DNA of 64,000 nucleotides from a virus (Duplodnaviria; Heunggongvirae; Uroviricota; Caudoviricetes): IMG/VR virus record IMGVR_UViG_2541047759_000001; one strand, 5' to 3'. Shown piece by piece: positions 10,801 to 21,148 of this stretch (position 1 is its first letter; each line of letters starts with the position of its first letter). The notes under the pieces were generated by a model. It saw only the letters and a program-made list of their open reading frames with translations, ran no database searches and was not told where the DNA came from. The position numbers and the translations under genes were made by a program.

Positions 10801-11073
10801 ATGGCGCACAAAACCAAATTTCACAATTCTGATACCGACCTTGCCATCCGGCATGAGCGGCGTTCACACGCATTTAAAACCGACTGGTACCAACACCCAC
10901 CATGTACTGAAGAACAGGCCGAATGGCTGATTCATTCTTACCGCAGGCGCGGGTTCGAGGTTAAGAAAGCTCTCAGTCTCGACTATCGGCACTGGATAAT
11001 CTCTGTCAGGCTGCCTTATTCCGAACGCCCACCACGTCCGTCCCGCACTTTCCAGCAACGGATCTGGAGGTAA
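10801..11073 (+). CDS. Hypothetical protein
   Basis: 90-aa ORF directly upstream of the DUF968-like gene. Confidence 0.4.
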   Translation: MAHKTKFHNSDTDLAIRHERRSHAFKTDWYQHPPCTEEQAEWLIHSYRRRGFEVKKALSLDYRHWIISVRLPYSERPPRPSRTFQQRIWR

Positions 11074-11074
11074 C

Positions 11075-12133
11075 GTGCGGGTATTACTTAGACCTGTTCT
11101 GGTGCCTGAGCTTGGGCTGGTGGTCCTTAAGCCGGGCCGTGAATCCATACAGATATTTCATAATCCTCGAGTGCTGGTGGAGCCGGAACCGAAAAGCATG
11201 TGCGGCCTGCCATCCGGAGTCGTCCCTGCCGTTCGCCAGCCGCTGGCGGAGGATAAATCATTACTGCCATTTTTCAGCAATGAGCGTGTGATTCGTGCTG
11301 CTGGCGGCGCTGGTGCACTGTCTGACTGGCTGTTGCGCCATATTAAATCCTGCCAGTGGCCACACGGTGATTATCACCACAGTGAAACCGTCATTCACCG
11401 TTATGGTACCGGCGCAATGGTGTTGTGCTGGCACTGCGACAACCAGTTGTGTGACCAGACCTCAGAATCACTTGAGCAACTTGCTCACCAAAACTTGTCA
11501 GCATGGATGATTGACGTCATCCGTCACGCAATCAGCGGTACGCAGGAGAGGGAGTTATCGCTGGCCGAATTATCCTGGTGGGCGGTCTGCAATCAGGTGG
11601 CTGATGCGCTTCCGGAGTCTGTATTGTGTCGTTCACTGGGATTACCGGTGGAAAAAATCCGCTCCGTATACCGTGAGAGTGACATCGTACCGGGAGAACA
11701 GACTGCCACCAGCATACTGAAGCAGCGCACAAAAAATATTGCGCTGCCACTTCACGTCCACCAGCAACAGCCCCCACTCCAGGAAAAGACGTTAGTAAGC
11801 ATCGCCGTTGATCCGGAGTCTCCGGCTCAGTATCTCCAGCGCCAGAAACCACAACGGGAAGAGATGCCTGTATACACGCGCTGGGTAAAAACGCAGAAAT
11901 GCATGACGTGCGGTAATCAGGCAGATGATCCGCATCACATCATTGATCATGGCCTGGGAGGTATGGGAACAAAGGCTGATGATTTGTTTGTTATTCCGCT
12001 GTGCCGTAAATGTCATAACGAACTGCACGCCGGGGTAAAAGATTTTGAAGAAAAACACGGCAGCCAGCTGTTGTTGCTGATTCGTTTTTTAATGCACGCG
12101 AGAAATTCGGGTGTCCTGAAGTGGAAAGCATGA
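11075..12133 (+). CDS. DUF968-like prophage protein with C-terminal HNH-like Cys/His motif
   Basis: C-terminus CMTCGN..DPHHII...LCRKCHNELH. Confidence 0.55.
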   Translation: MRVLLRPVLVPELGLVVLKPGRESIQIFHNPRVLVEPEPKSMCGLPSGVVPAVRQPLAEDKSLLPFFSNERVIRAAGGAGALSDWLLRHIKSCQWPHGDYHHSETVIHRYGTGAMVLCWHCDNQLCDQTSESLEQLAHQNLSAWMIDVIRHAISGTQERELSLAELSWWAVCNQVADALPESVLCRSLGLPVEKIRSVYRESDIVPGEQTATSILKQRTKNIALPLHVHQQQPPLQEKTLVSIAVDPESPAQYLQRQKPQREEMPVYTRWVKTQKCMTCGNQADDPHHIIDHGLGGMGTKADDLFVIPLCRKCHNELHAGVKDFEEKHGSQLLLLIRFLMHARNSGVLKWKA

Positions 12134-12496
12134 ATGACTGAACGCATAGAATTTGTTTTGCCTTACCCGCCGACGGTGAATACCTACTGGCGACGTCATG
12201 GCAATACGTATTTCATCTCGGAGGCCGGAAAGCGTTATCGCCGTGATGTGGCGCTAATTGTTCGCCAGCAGCGGCTGAAATTAAACCTGTCCGGAAGGCT
12301 GGCGATAAAGGTGATTGCAGAGCCACCGGATAAGCGTCGTCGCGACCTGGACAATATCCTGAAAGCACCGCTGGATGCGCTGACGCATGCGGGAGTGTTA
12401 ATGGACGATGAGCAGTTTGATGAAATCAATATCGTTCGTGGTCAGCCAGTATCTGGTGGACGTCTGGGGGTGAAGATTTACCCCATAATGCATTAA
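12134..12496 (+). CDS. rusA: Holliday junction resolvase RusA
   Basis: 120 aa, ...YPPTVNTYWRR...RRRDLDNILKAPLDALTHAGVLMDD... matches RusA family. Confidence 0.85.
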   Translation: MTERIEFVLPYPPTVNTYWRRHGNTYFISEAGKRYRRDVALIVRQQRLKLNLSGRLAIKVIAEPPDKRRRDLDNILKAPLDALTHAGVLMDDEQFDEINIVRGQPVSGGRLGVKIYPIMH

Positions 12497-12510
12497 GAGC
12501 AGGTCAAAAA

Positions 12511-13332
12511 ATGAAACTGGAAGATTTACCGAAATACTACTCCCCAAAATCCCCTGGCCTGACCGATGCATCGGCCTCAACGTCAAAAGATGCGCTGAGT
12601 ATCACTGATGTGATGGCCGCGCAGGGCATGACACAGAATCGGGCTGAGATGGGTTTTTCTGCGTTCCTGGGGAAAATGGGCATCAGTATGAATGACAGGG
12701 CGCGGGCAACAGAATTACTGGCAGATTATGCACTCAGTCGGTGCGATCGTGTGGCGGCGTTGAGAAAACTTCCGGCAGAAATAAAACCGGTAGTGATGCG
12801 CATTATGGCTTCGTACGCTTTTGAGGATTATGCCCGCAGCGCAGCGAGTAAAAAGCAGTGCCCTTGTTGCTATGGGGAAAAATTTATTGAAAGCGTAGTT
12901 TTTACAAACAAGGTCCAGTATCCGGATGGTAAGCCGCCGGTATGGGCAAAGTGTACGAAAGGTGTGTATTCGTCTTACTGGGAAGAATGGAAAAAAGTCA
13001 GGGAGGTGGTAAAAGTTGCCTGTCCGGAGTGTGGCGGAAAGGGTGAGGTTTCCACCGCCTGTAAGGATTGCCGTGGGCGTGGTGTCGCCATTCATCGTGA
13101 AGAGTCGGTAAAACGTGGTATGCCTGTTATCAGAGACTGCCAGCGTTGTGGTGGTCGTGGCTATGAAAGACTACCATCAACGGAGGCATTTAATGCTATA
13201 TGCGAGGTGACAAACCAGATAACACGCGCGTCATGGGAAAAAACAGTTAAGAAATTCTATGATGCGCTGGTGACCCGGTTTGATATTGAAGAAGCATGGG
13301 CTGAGCGGCAGTTAAAAAAGGTAACTAGGTAA
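12511..13332 (+). CDS. Q: Late-gene antiterminator Q (zinc-finger type)
   Basis: 273 aa with CPECGGKGE..CKDCRGRG and CQRCGGRG motifs; immediately upstream of a promoter/terminator pair and the tRNA cluster. Confidence 0.7.
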   Translation: MKLEDLPKYYSPKSPGLTDASASTSKDALSITDVMAAQGMTQNRAEMGFSAFLGKMGISMNDRARATELLADYALSRCDRVAALRKLPAEIKPVVMRIMASYAFEDYARSAASKKQCPCCYGEKFIESVVFTNKVQYPDGKPPVWAKCTKGVYSSYWEEWKKVREVVKVACPECGGKGEVSTACKDCRGRGVAIHREESVKRGMPVIRDCQRCGGRGYERLPSTEAFNAICEVTNQITRASWEKTVKKFYDALVTRFDIEEAWAERQLKKVTR

Positions 13333-13334
13333 CA

Positions 13335-13440
13335 AGGTTGATTTTTCCGGAATCTGTGGTAAATTCGTCATAACAATGGGCTTTTTATGCCTGACGTTAG
13401 AAGAGTTTCTACAACCCGCCGCCGAGCGGGTTTTTTATTG
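13335..13440 (+). promoter_or_regulatory. Putative late promoter pR' and tR' terminator
   Basis: TTGATT (13338-13343) ... TAAATT (~13360-13365), then hairpin cccgccgccgagcggg + T-run (13415-13437). Confidence 0.5.
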
Positions 13441-13475
13441 CGGAATTAATTACGGACCGTTATTATTCTGCTCCC

Positions 13476-13551
13476 GGCCCTTTAGCTCAGTGGTGAGAGC
13501 GAGCGACTCATAATCGCCAGGTCGCTGGTTCAAATCCAGCAAGGGCCACCA
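13476..13551 (+). tRNA. ileZ: tRNA-Ile2 (anticodon CAU), ileZ/ileX-like
   Basis: GGCCCTTTAGCTCAGTGGT...CTCATAA...GGTTCAAATCC...AAGGGCCACCA cloverleaf. Confidence 0.85.
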
Positions 13552-13651
13552 TCACAAACCGCCATTAGCTTATCAGGAAGAGCAGACGACACGATAACAG
13601 GGTTGTTGGTGCGGGGGCGGGTCCCCGATGGCGGTCCATTATCGGTATTCA

Positions 13652-13725
13652 GCGTTGTTAGCTCAGCCGGACAGAGCAATTGCCTTCTAAGCAATCGGTC
13701 ACTGGTTCGAATCCAGTACAGCGCG
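13652..13725 (+). tRNA. argN: tRNA-Arg (anticodon UCU)
   Basis: GCGTTGTTAGCTCAGCCGGA...CCTTCTAAG...GGTTCGAATCC...ACAGCGC cloverleaf. Confidence 0.8.
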
Positions 13726-13838
13726 CTATATTCATTCTTCCAGATTCCTTCCGGCAGAGCCTTATACTGAAATATACCTGGCTCAGGATATTGTTGAAAA
13801 TATTTTATGTTTGTCAAAAATAAAAGTTCTGTTAAGTA

Positions 13839-14192
13839 TTGATTGAGTGTTTGTTATACGGTCTAATGGTTTTTTCAGCATTAAATATTTATCATTCATA
13901 TGGTGTGGGTAGAGTGAATATTGATGAGGCGTCGGGGTGTTTCATCCTTAGGCAGCGTATTGATATAGTCAATGCAGGACGAGCAAAGGCCTTCAGCCGT
14001 TTGACAGTTTTGTTCTGTACTCCTGATCGTCTTTCGGGAAGAGACGTTATTATTCTGAATAGTGATGCTATACAGAGGGTTTGCGATGAGTTCATGGTTG
14101 CTAATTCAGAATTATTTGCTCTTGTTCAGGAGTACAACAGAATAGCCAGTACCTGTGGTATGGATGAACTTCGGATTACTCATCTGGGGTAG
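13839..14192 (+). CDS. Hypothetical ORF in cargo slot downstream of the tRNAs
   Basis: 117-aa ORF, no recognisable signature. Confidence 0.25.
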   Translation: MIECLLYGLMVFSALNIYHSYGVGRVNIDEASGCFILRQRIDIVNAGRAKAFSRLTVLFCTPDRLSGRDVIILNSDAIQRVCDEFMVANSELFALVQEYNRIASTCGMDELRITHLG

Positions 14193-15220
14193 ATACATAT
14201 CTGGATTATCACTTGTTACGGTAAAAAGTGATTGCTTACTGTTTTTGTGAGTGGCATTGCAGCAGCCGGATAATGTCAGTGCTGGCTGACGGTGTGCTGG
14301 TGGCGGGTGTGGTGGTTGTTGCTTTCCCGTTGCTGAAAAAGAAAACGCCAGACTGTTAGCCGGGTATCAGTTAGCGGGAGAAATTTTTAAATACTTCACA
14401 ATTCAGGCGGTTGACTGTTGTCTGGTTTGCGGGGAGTTTGTTAAAAGAAACTGGCATGGTGAATCCCCCTGTGCGGAGGGGCAATCAGCGAGTAGGTATA
14501 TGGGATAATCGCGGATTCAGGTGCTGGTACTGAATTCACCGGGAGGCACCCGGCACCATGCAATGGCACATAGCGCCACTCTCCAGCCCCTCTCCGGAGG
14601 GGCTGTTTATATTGATTTTGTCAGATGTGAGTAAACTCCTTATGGACTTTGTTGTTTTAGTCCATAAGGACATATTTGCAGAGTGCAACGGTTATTAAAG
14701 CATTCATTCAATACGTTATCTGTATTTGTAGGACATTCCTGGCTGTTTTTGATTAAATTCCAGAATGTTTTATTGAATGGTGCTACGTTGTAAATGGTTA
14801 CAGGTAGCACTTTGTTATTGAGCATGATACCTGTGTGAGTCAGTGTAAATATACTTTCAGGAGGTAAGAAAGCATCCGATTGATACCAGATTATTAATTT
14901 TATTTTACTCCATATGACTGAAAAAGATATTCCGCATGATGGCTGGATAACTGTATCAATCACAATCCACTTCATTTAGTTTCCTTGTTTATGTCTTGCT
15001 GGTGATGTTCTGAAAAGTATAAATGATATTTTTGAATGTAAACCATAGAGCAGAATTATTTTTCTGATGTTGTTTATTGTTTATTTAAATGCAGGGTGGT
15101 TTATATCTCGTCTTGTAGTTTATCCATGCATATCTGCTTGATGATGAGGTTTTTATTTAAGGTATGGTTTTGTGTTTTTTCTGTATTACATGTCAGGTAT
15201 TTTAAAGAATTATTTTTCAG

Positions 15221-17197
15221 ATGGTGGAAAGAACCATGGCATTTAAACACTATGATGTTGTCAGGGCGGCATCGCCGTCAGACCTTGCGAAACGACTGAC
15301 ACAAAAACTGAAGGAGGGGTGGCAGCCATTTGGCAGTCCGGTGGCCATCACGCCTTATACCCTGATGCAGGCCATTGCGGCGGAAGGTGATGTCACCACA
15401 CCTGTGGTGGTGAAGCCGTCGGATGGAGAAGGCGCAGTTATCAGCACCACCAGCAACCCGGAGTATTACTTTGTTGTTGCCCTGGCCGGGCAGTCAAACG
15501 GTATGGCGTATGGTGAAGGGCTTCCGCTGCCGGAGACATATGACCGTCCGGACCCGCGTATTAAACAGCTGGCGCGTCGCAGCACTGTCACGCCGGGTGG
15601 TGCGTTCTGTAACTACAATGACATTATTCCTGCGGACCACTGCCTGCATGATGTTCAGGATTTGAGTAAGTTTTCACACCCGAAAGCCAGTGCAGCTCAG
15701 TATGGATGCGTGGGGCAGGGATTACATATCGCGAAGAAATTGTTGCCGTTTATTCCGGCGAATGCCGGTATTCTTCTGGTTCCGTGCTGCCGTGGTGGTT
15801 CTGCATTTTTGGCGGGCGATGAAGGTACCTTCAGCGAATCCACCGGCGCAAGCGAGACCTCGGCACGCTGGGGTGTAGATAAGCCACTGTACAAGGACCT
15901 GCTTACCCGTACTCAGGCCGCACTGAAGGCCAACCCTAAAAATATTCTGCTTGCAGTGGTCTGGATGCAGGGCGAGTTTGATTTGAAACAGGGTGCATAC
16001 GCCACCCAGCCGGGGCTGTTTGATTCCATGGTGGAAAAATATCGTTCTGACCTGTCGGAATTCGGAGGTCAGTGTCTCGGGGGCTCTCCGTCATCGGTTC
16101 CCTGGATTTGTGGCGACACGACCTACTACTGGAAGCAGACTTATTCTTCGCAATACGATGCGGTGTATGGTGCATACAAGACGAAATCCGCAAAAAAAAT
16201 CTTCTTTGTGCCGTTTATGACGGATGAAAACGGGCGAAATGTGGGTACCAACGAGCCGTCAGAAGATCCGGATGTTGCGGATATTGGGTATTACGGAGCC
16301 GGTGGTCGAACGGACGCCAAAACCTGGACGACGGCTGACCGTAAAACGCATTTTGGATCATGGGCACGTCGTGGGATTATTTCCGACCGTCTGGCAACGG
16401 CGATTCTTGTGCATGCCGGGAGAAACGCTGAATTCATTACCGGAAAACAGCCTGATACGGTGAAGCCCACCGGACCTTCCGGTGAAGGTACGGAGAGAGA
16501 GCCGGAAGCCCCGGTCAGTAACCGAACCCTGATGAGTCTGCTGGCGTCCGGCGAAGACCTGGCATCACAGGGCTGGCGCTATTATCACAAACCGGCGAGC
16601 GGAGACAATGTTAACAAAAACATTGCTGAAGCGGTGGTCAGTGATGCGGGGGCTACGGGAGGTAAGGCCCTGCAACTGAATAAACCGGAAAACCACATCT
16701 GGTTTCTGGAGCATGATGCAGCCGGACAGGGAGTGGAGTTACTGAAGAAGGGGGGACGTGTGAGCGTACGGTTTAAGTTGCCGGGTTCACTGGTGCCGAA
16801 TCAGTTTGCCCTGGGCATTTACTGGCAGTTGTCGTCCCTGCCGGAGGGAGTGACGCTGGCAGAGGAAGGCAACGACATGCTGATGTCCTTCTTTCTGCAG
16901 ACGGATGCGACGAACCTGAACGCGATGCACCACAAGAAGCCGAATGCGAAGCTGGAAACGTTCGGGGTCTTTGATAACGGATGGCACACACTGGCTTTTG
17001 AGTTTGCCGGAAACAACAGCATTCAGGTGACGCCGGTACTGGATGAGAAACGGGGGACGCCGTTCACACTGGTGAAATCTCCGGCATCAGGGGCGGCGGA
17101 CAAACTGCAACTGACAGGCATATCAAAGGCGGCGACATATACGCTGCTGATTGACAGTGTGAAGGTGGAAGTGAACAACGCGGACATCGCGGCATGA
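15221..17197 (+). CDS. nanS-p: Prophage sialate O-acetylesterase NanS-p-like (DUF1737 N-domain plus SASA esterase)
   Basis: 658 aa; MAFKHYDVVRAASPSDLAKRL N-domain, AGQSNGMAYGEG esterase motif. Start may be 15236. Confidence 0.8.
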   Translation: MVERTMAFKHYDVVRAASPSDLAKRLTQKLKEGWQPFGSPVAITPYTLMQAIAAEGDVTTPVVVKPSDGEGAVISTTSNPEYYFVVALAGQSNGMAYGEGLPLPETYDRPDPRIKQLARRSTVTPGGAFCNYNDIIPADHCLHDVQDLSKFSHPKASAAQYGCVGQGLHIAKKLLPFIPANAGILLVPCCRGGSAFLAGDEGTFSESTGASETSARWGVDKPLYKDLLTRTQAALKANPKNILLAVVWMQGEFDLKQGAYATQPGLFDSMVEKYRSDLSEFGGQCLGGSPSSVPWICGDTTYYWKQTYSSQYDAVYGAYKTKSAKKIFFVPFMTDENGRNVGTNEPSEDPDVADIGYYGAGGRTDAKTWTTADRKTHFGSWARRGIISDRLATAILVHAGRNAEFITGKQPDTVKPTGPSGEGTEREPEAPVSNRTLMSLLASGEDLASQGWRYYHKPASGDNVNKNIAEAVVSDAGATGGKALQLNKPENHIWFLEHDAAGQGVELLKKGGRVSVRFKLPGSLVPNQFALGIYWQLSSLPEGVTLAEEGNDMLMSFFLQTDATNLNAMHHKKPNAKLETFGVFDNGWHTLAFEFAGNNSIQVTPVLDEKRGTPFTLVKSPASGAADKLQLTGISKAATYTLLIDSVKVEVNNADIAA

Positions 17198-17333
17198 TAA
17201 AAAAAGCCGCCAGCGGCAGGAATGGAAGCTGGCGGAGGTAATCCCAATGGAGAATGTAAAGAAAAGATGCTTTCGACATCAATCATTTCTAAATGAAAAC
17301 AGTTCTCATTGTCAACCATAACGGTAAGAAATT

Positions 17334-17516
17334 ATGACATTTATTCATCAGGTAATGCTGTACTTCTGTATGGCAGTCTGTGTTATGTATCTTCTTTCGG
17401 GTGGGTACAGGGCAGTGCGCGATTTCTGGCGCAGGCAGATTGATAAAAGGGCCGCTGAGAGAATCAGCGCCAGTCAGTCAGCCGGAAGCAAACCCGAAGA
17501 TCCGCTCATTCCGTAG
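17334..17516 (+). CDS. Small membrane protein (hypothetical)
   Basis: 60-aa ORF with hydrophobic N-terminus. Confidence 0.3.
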   Translation: MTFIHQVMLYFCMAVCVMYLLSGGYRAVRDFWRRQIDKRAAERISASQSAGSKPEDPLIP

Positions 17517-17553
17517 TCACTTTCTTGACAACACCTTTCAACGAGAAAATCCC

Positions 17554-17799
17554 ATGTCAGAAATCACATCCCTGGTCACTGCTGAGGCAGTGAAGGAAGT
17601 CCTGCGCTCTGAAGAAGTCCTGAGCGCACTGAAACAGAAACTCCGCCAGAACCTTGAGTCGCGTCTTGATGCAGAAGTGGATGCCATTCTGGATGAGCTG
17701 CTGGGCGTACCAGCGGTTCCGGAGCCGGAAGGTATCGCGGGTGACGGGAGTGCTTCAGATGGCGGTGAACCCACACCTGACAGCGACATGATGATGTAA
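17554..17799 (+). CDS. Small acidic hypothetical protein
   Basis: ATG at 17554; [21 protein letters not shown]... Confidence 0.35.
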   Translation: MSEITSLVTAEAVKEVLRSEEVLSALKQKLRQNLESRLDAEVDAILDELLGVPAVPEPEGIAGDGSASDGGEPTPDSDMMM

Positions 17800-17875
17800 G
17801 CCTGCGCAAGGGACCATCGGTGTGTGCCGGTGGTCTTTATATTGTTGTGAGCTTCCGGATAACGGGAGACGGGGT

Positions 17876-18091
17876 ATGTACCAGATGGAAAAAATCACAA
17901 CAGGTGTGTCATACACCACGTCAGCGGTGGGAACGGGCTACTGGTTCCTGCAGTTGCTGGACAGGGTTTCCCCGTCTCAGTGGGCGGCAATAGGCGTGCT
18001 GGGGAGTCTGCTGTTTGGGCTGCTGACGTACCTGACTAACCTGTATTTCAAAATCAAAGAGGACCGGCGTAAGGCGGCGCGGGGAGAGTAA
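17876..18091 (+). CDS. S: Pinholin, phage 21 S-like, dual start (MYQM)
   Basis: ...[67 protein letters not shown] matches the S21 pinholin. Confidence 0.8.
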   Translation: MYQMEKITTGVSYTTSAVGTGYWFLQLLDRVSPSQWAAIGVLGSLLFGLLTYLTNLYFKIKEDRRKAARGE

Positions 18092-18092
18092 A

Positions 18093-18986
18093 GTGATGAA
18101 TAAAAAATATGAACTGGTTGTTAAGGGGATAAATAATTACGGGGATAAGGTTACTGTTACTGTGAAGTCGGAAGGTGACGGGCAAGCGTCGCTGTTGTTG
18201 CCAGATGTGGCGATTAGTCTTGACCGTACTGAAGGTGCCACGCTGGAGTTTTACGAAGCTGAGGCGAAAAAGCAGGCGAAGCAGTTTTTCATGGATGTTG
18301 CTGCCGGGTTATGTGAATGGAACGAACCGTTGCCGGAAAAGCGCCCCGTAATTTTAGAGGCGCAGGATGTGTTGATAACCTACAAAGGAAAGCTACCGGG
18401 AAGAATTACTTGTTCTCTGAAGATGCCGCCGTCAACACTGCGGTCAGAAAAAGATGATGTTGAATCACGTATTGAAAAACTGGAGAGCTACGTCGTTGAG
18501 CTGAATAAGAAATGGTCGATATTGGTGCCTTCTGGCGATGAAAAGCAGTTTGCTGCGTTTGACGATTATTGTCGGAAAGTGATGAGCAGAAATCTCGCAG
18601 AGTGTTTCAGTATTCATAATGATAATTTCAGTGACCCGGAATGGGAGTGTAACCGGCCATCCTTTGTTGTATCCGGTGATGCTGGGAAAATAACCATCTC
18701 AGAAAATGGGAAAGTAACACCTCCATCGCACCAGCACAGTGAGGAGCTCATTGAATTTGCCATTGATTACCTGAAGAACAATAAAAAGCAGGGGCTGATG
18801 AAGCGCGTTGGCCGTTGCATGGGATATCTTCAGGTAGCCGCTGAGATTGAAGCGCTGGCCAGTGGTGCTGATAAGGATGCAATTGTGCGGGAGGCTCTTC
18901 TTCGTGATTTTAATACTCCACCCTTTAAAAAAGTGCCGGCTTACTGGCTTCATCCGGGGCTGACTTATCTTAAAGTGCGTATTTAG
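18093..18986 (+). CDS. Hypothetical 297-aa protein inserted between holin and endolysin
   Basis: Long ORF starting MMNKKYELVV, tightly coupled to the holin stop; no signature recognised. Confidence 0.55.
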   Translation: MMNKKYELVVKGINNYGDKVTVTVKSEGDGQASLLLPDVAISLDRTEGATLEFYEAEAKKQAKQFFMDVAAGLCEWNEPLPEKRPVILEAQDVLITYKGKLPGRITCSLKMPPSTLRSEKDDVESRIEKLESYVVELNKKWSILVPSGDEKQFAAFDDYCRKVMSRNLAECFSIHNDNFSDPEWECNRPSFVVSGDAGKITISENGKVTPPSHQHSEELIEFAIDYLKNNKKQGLMKRVGRCMGYLQVAAEIEALASGADKDAIVREALLRDFNTPPFKKVPAYWLHPGLTYLKVRI

Positions 18987-19022
18987 TGGGCCAGGGACAG
19001 CGGCTGAATATTTAATATATCC

Positions 19023-19556
19023 ATGAACACCAAAATCAAATACGGCCTGTCGGCTGCCGTTCTGGCGCTGATTGCCGCTGGTGCGCCTGCGCCTGACATT
19101 CTCGACCAGTTTCTGGATGAAAAGGAAGGCAACCACACCACGGCATACCGTGATGGTGCAGGTATCTGGACCATCTGCCGTGGTGCCATCATGGTGGATG
19201 GCAAACCTGTCGTTCCGGGCATGAAGTTGTCGAAGGAAAAATGCGACCAGGTTAACGCCATTGAGCGTGATAAAGCGCTGGCGTGGGTGGAGAAAAACAT
19301 CAGAGTGCCGCTGACCGAACCCCAGAAAGCGGGGATCGCGTCATTCTGTCCGTACAACATTGGTCCCGGTAAGTGTTTCCCGTCGACGTTTTACAGACGA
19401 ATTAATGCTGGTGATCGAAAAGGTGCCTGCGAAGCGATTCGCTGGTGGATTAAGGACGGTGGCAGAGACTGCCGTATTCGTTCAAACAACTGTTACGGTC
19501 AGGTATCCCGTCGTGACCAGGAGAGCGCGCTGGCGTGCTGGGGTATCGACAGATAA
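19023..19556 (+). CDS. R: SAR endolysin (lysozyme with N-terminal signal-arrest-release domain)
   Basis: N-terminal LSAAVLALIAAGAPA SAR-like segment, then lysozyme-like ...GIWTICRG...; resembles phage 21 R. Confidence 0.85.
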   Translation: MNTKIKYGLSAAVLALIAAGAPAPDILDQFLDEKEGNHTTAYRDGAGIWTICRGAIMVDGKPVVPGMKLSKEKCDQVNAIERDKALAWVEKNIRVPLTEPQKAGIASFCPYNIGPGKCFPSTFYRRINAGDRKGACEAIRWWIKDGGRDCRIRSNNCYGQVSRRDQESALACWGIDR

Positions 19557-19909
19557 GCAGAATATTTTGCTGAAAAATGAGGAATGGCCACGCGGGCGGA
19601 TAACACGAAATCCTGCGAACTGGCGAAACGTAAGTGAATAAAAGTAAAAACCCCGTTTGTTGGCACCAAGCGAGGTTTTGTGTTTCTGACCTTGAGTAAG
19701 GCAAGGGAGAACATGGCGAAGTGTAAACGAATTCTGTTGAGGTTGACTATGAAAAATGGCCTTGAACTGAAAGCGCCTGTAACTGATGACATCAGCAGAG
19801 CACTGGCTTTTGCCATTAAGTGGGTGGCGGTCGGTGTTGCTGTGTCCCCGATGCTGTATGGGCTGGCAAAACTGGTCATTGCGTTGAAATCGTGAAGGGA
19901 GGATTAAGC

Positions 19910-20041
19910 ATGTCAGACAAACTCATAACGCTGGCGAAGATCCTCTGTGTAATTGTCGGCATTTCATTTTCACTAATGCTGGTTGCTCTTTTTCTTTCCA
20001 TGGCCTGGATGATGTTGTCTTCGTCGGGGTTGCTGGGGTGA
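19910..20041 (+). CDS. Small membrane protein upstream of Rz
   Basis: ATG 19910 with GAAGGGAGG RBS; 43 aa, hydrophobic. Confidence 0.35.
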   Translation: MSDKLITLAKILCVIVGISFSLMLVALFLSMAWMMLSSSGLLG

Positions 20042-20052
20042 ACATAAACCGA

Positions 20053-20511
20053 ATGCTTTCCGCGTTTATCGTTATTCTGCTGGTGGCCTGTGGTGCGCTG
20101 TGGATGGCAACAGACCATTACCGTGATAACGCGATTACCTACAAAGCGCAGCGCGATAACAAAGCCAGTGAACTGAAGCTGGCGAACGCAACCATTACTG
20201 ATATGCAGGTGCGCCAGCGCGATGTTGCTGCGCTCGATGCAAAATACTCGAGGGAATTAGCCGATGCGAGAGCTGAAAATGAAACTCTTCGCGCTGACGT
20301 TGCCGCTGGTCGTAAGCGCCTGCGGATCAACGCCACCTGTCCAGGCTCCGTGCGTGAAGCCCCCACCACCTCCGGCGTGGATAATGCAACCGGCCCCCAA
20401 CTGGCAGACACCGTTACACGGGATTATTTCACCCTCAGAGAGCGGCTGATGACGATGCACAAGCAACTGGAAGGGGCACAGGACTATATCCGCACTCAGT
20501 GCCTGAAATAA
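20053..20511 (+). CDS. Rz: Inner-membrane spanin Rz
   Basis: ...[15 protein letters not shown]...[36 protein letters not shown]... closely matches lambda Rz. Confidence 0.85.
   Translation: MLSAFIVILLVACGALWMATDHYRDNAITYKAQRDNKASELKLANATITDMQVRQRDVAALDAKYSRELADARAENETLRADVAAGRKRLRINATCPGSVREAPTTSGVDNATGPQLADTVTRDYFTLRERLMTMHKQLEGAQDYIRTQCLK
20264..20449 (+). CDS. Rz1: Outer-membrane lipoprotein spanin Rz1 (embedded in Rz, +1 frame)
   Basis: [22 protein letters not shown]...[14 protein letters not shown]...[10 protein letters not shown] matches lambda Rz1. Confidence 0.8.
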   Translation: MRELKMKLFALTLPLVVSACGSTPPVQAPCVKPPPPPAWIMQPAPNWQTPLHGIISPSESG

Positions 20512-20821
20512 GTTTTGTTGATGCGCCGTATCGTCGCTATATTCCCTCATTAACAGAGACCGCAGCCCGACAGGGAGACTCCTCTGCGCGAGTGTGCGGG
20601 GATAATTAAAAACGATGCACACCGGGTTTTTACCGCGTTAATGATTCGCGGGTTTATCCCGGTGCGATGGTGGAAGAAACAGGAAGCTGTATTACAGAAA
20701 GTGCTACTACTGTATCCCGATGCGATGTATGTAATGTGAGTCAGATAATGGCACAGGATGTGGTGATGTGGCAGTCTGGAACACAGGATATATTGTCAGA
20801 ATAAGACCCGTAGGAATAAAA

Positions 20822-21148
20822 ATGAAAAGACGCCTTTTACTACTTTTTCTGTTATCTGTCCTGGCAGTGGGATGCTCGCAGCAAAAAGCTGATGAGCCCC
20901 GGCAATTAGTGACGGTGTATCCACGATATCCGGAATATGCTGCAGCAAATTATATCAAGGGGCTGGTTGAGGTTAAGTTCGATATTGGTGCTGATGGGAC
21001 TGTGACACGGATCGTTTTTCTCCGCTCAGAGCCTCATAATTTGTTTCGTGATGAAGTGGTGAAGGCCATGGCGAAATGGCGATTTGAAAAGAATCGCCCC
21101 TGTCAGGGAGTGAAGAGACAATTTATCTTTACGCCGTCACGTCCTTGA
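20822..21148 (+). CDS. Lipoprotein with TonB C-terminal-like domain (moron)
   Basis: MKRRLLLLFLLSVLAVGC lipobox; ...YPRYPEYAAANYIKGLVEVKFDIGADGTV... resembles TonB-C fold signature. Confidence 0.55.
   Translation: MKRRLLLLFLLSVLAVGCSQQKADEPRQLVTVYPRYPEYAAANYIKGLVEVKFDIGADGTVTRIVFLRSEPHNLFRDEVVKAMAKWRFEKNRPCQGVKRQFIFTPSRP

Noticed and set aside
13740-15220. Shiga toxin genes stxA/stxB at the canonical slot between the tRNAs and nanS-p
   Set aside because: No ORF of the right size (~319 aa A subunit, ~89 aa B subunit) or with the StxA N-terminal signal/sequence is present; the slot holds only weak, AT-rich ORFs.
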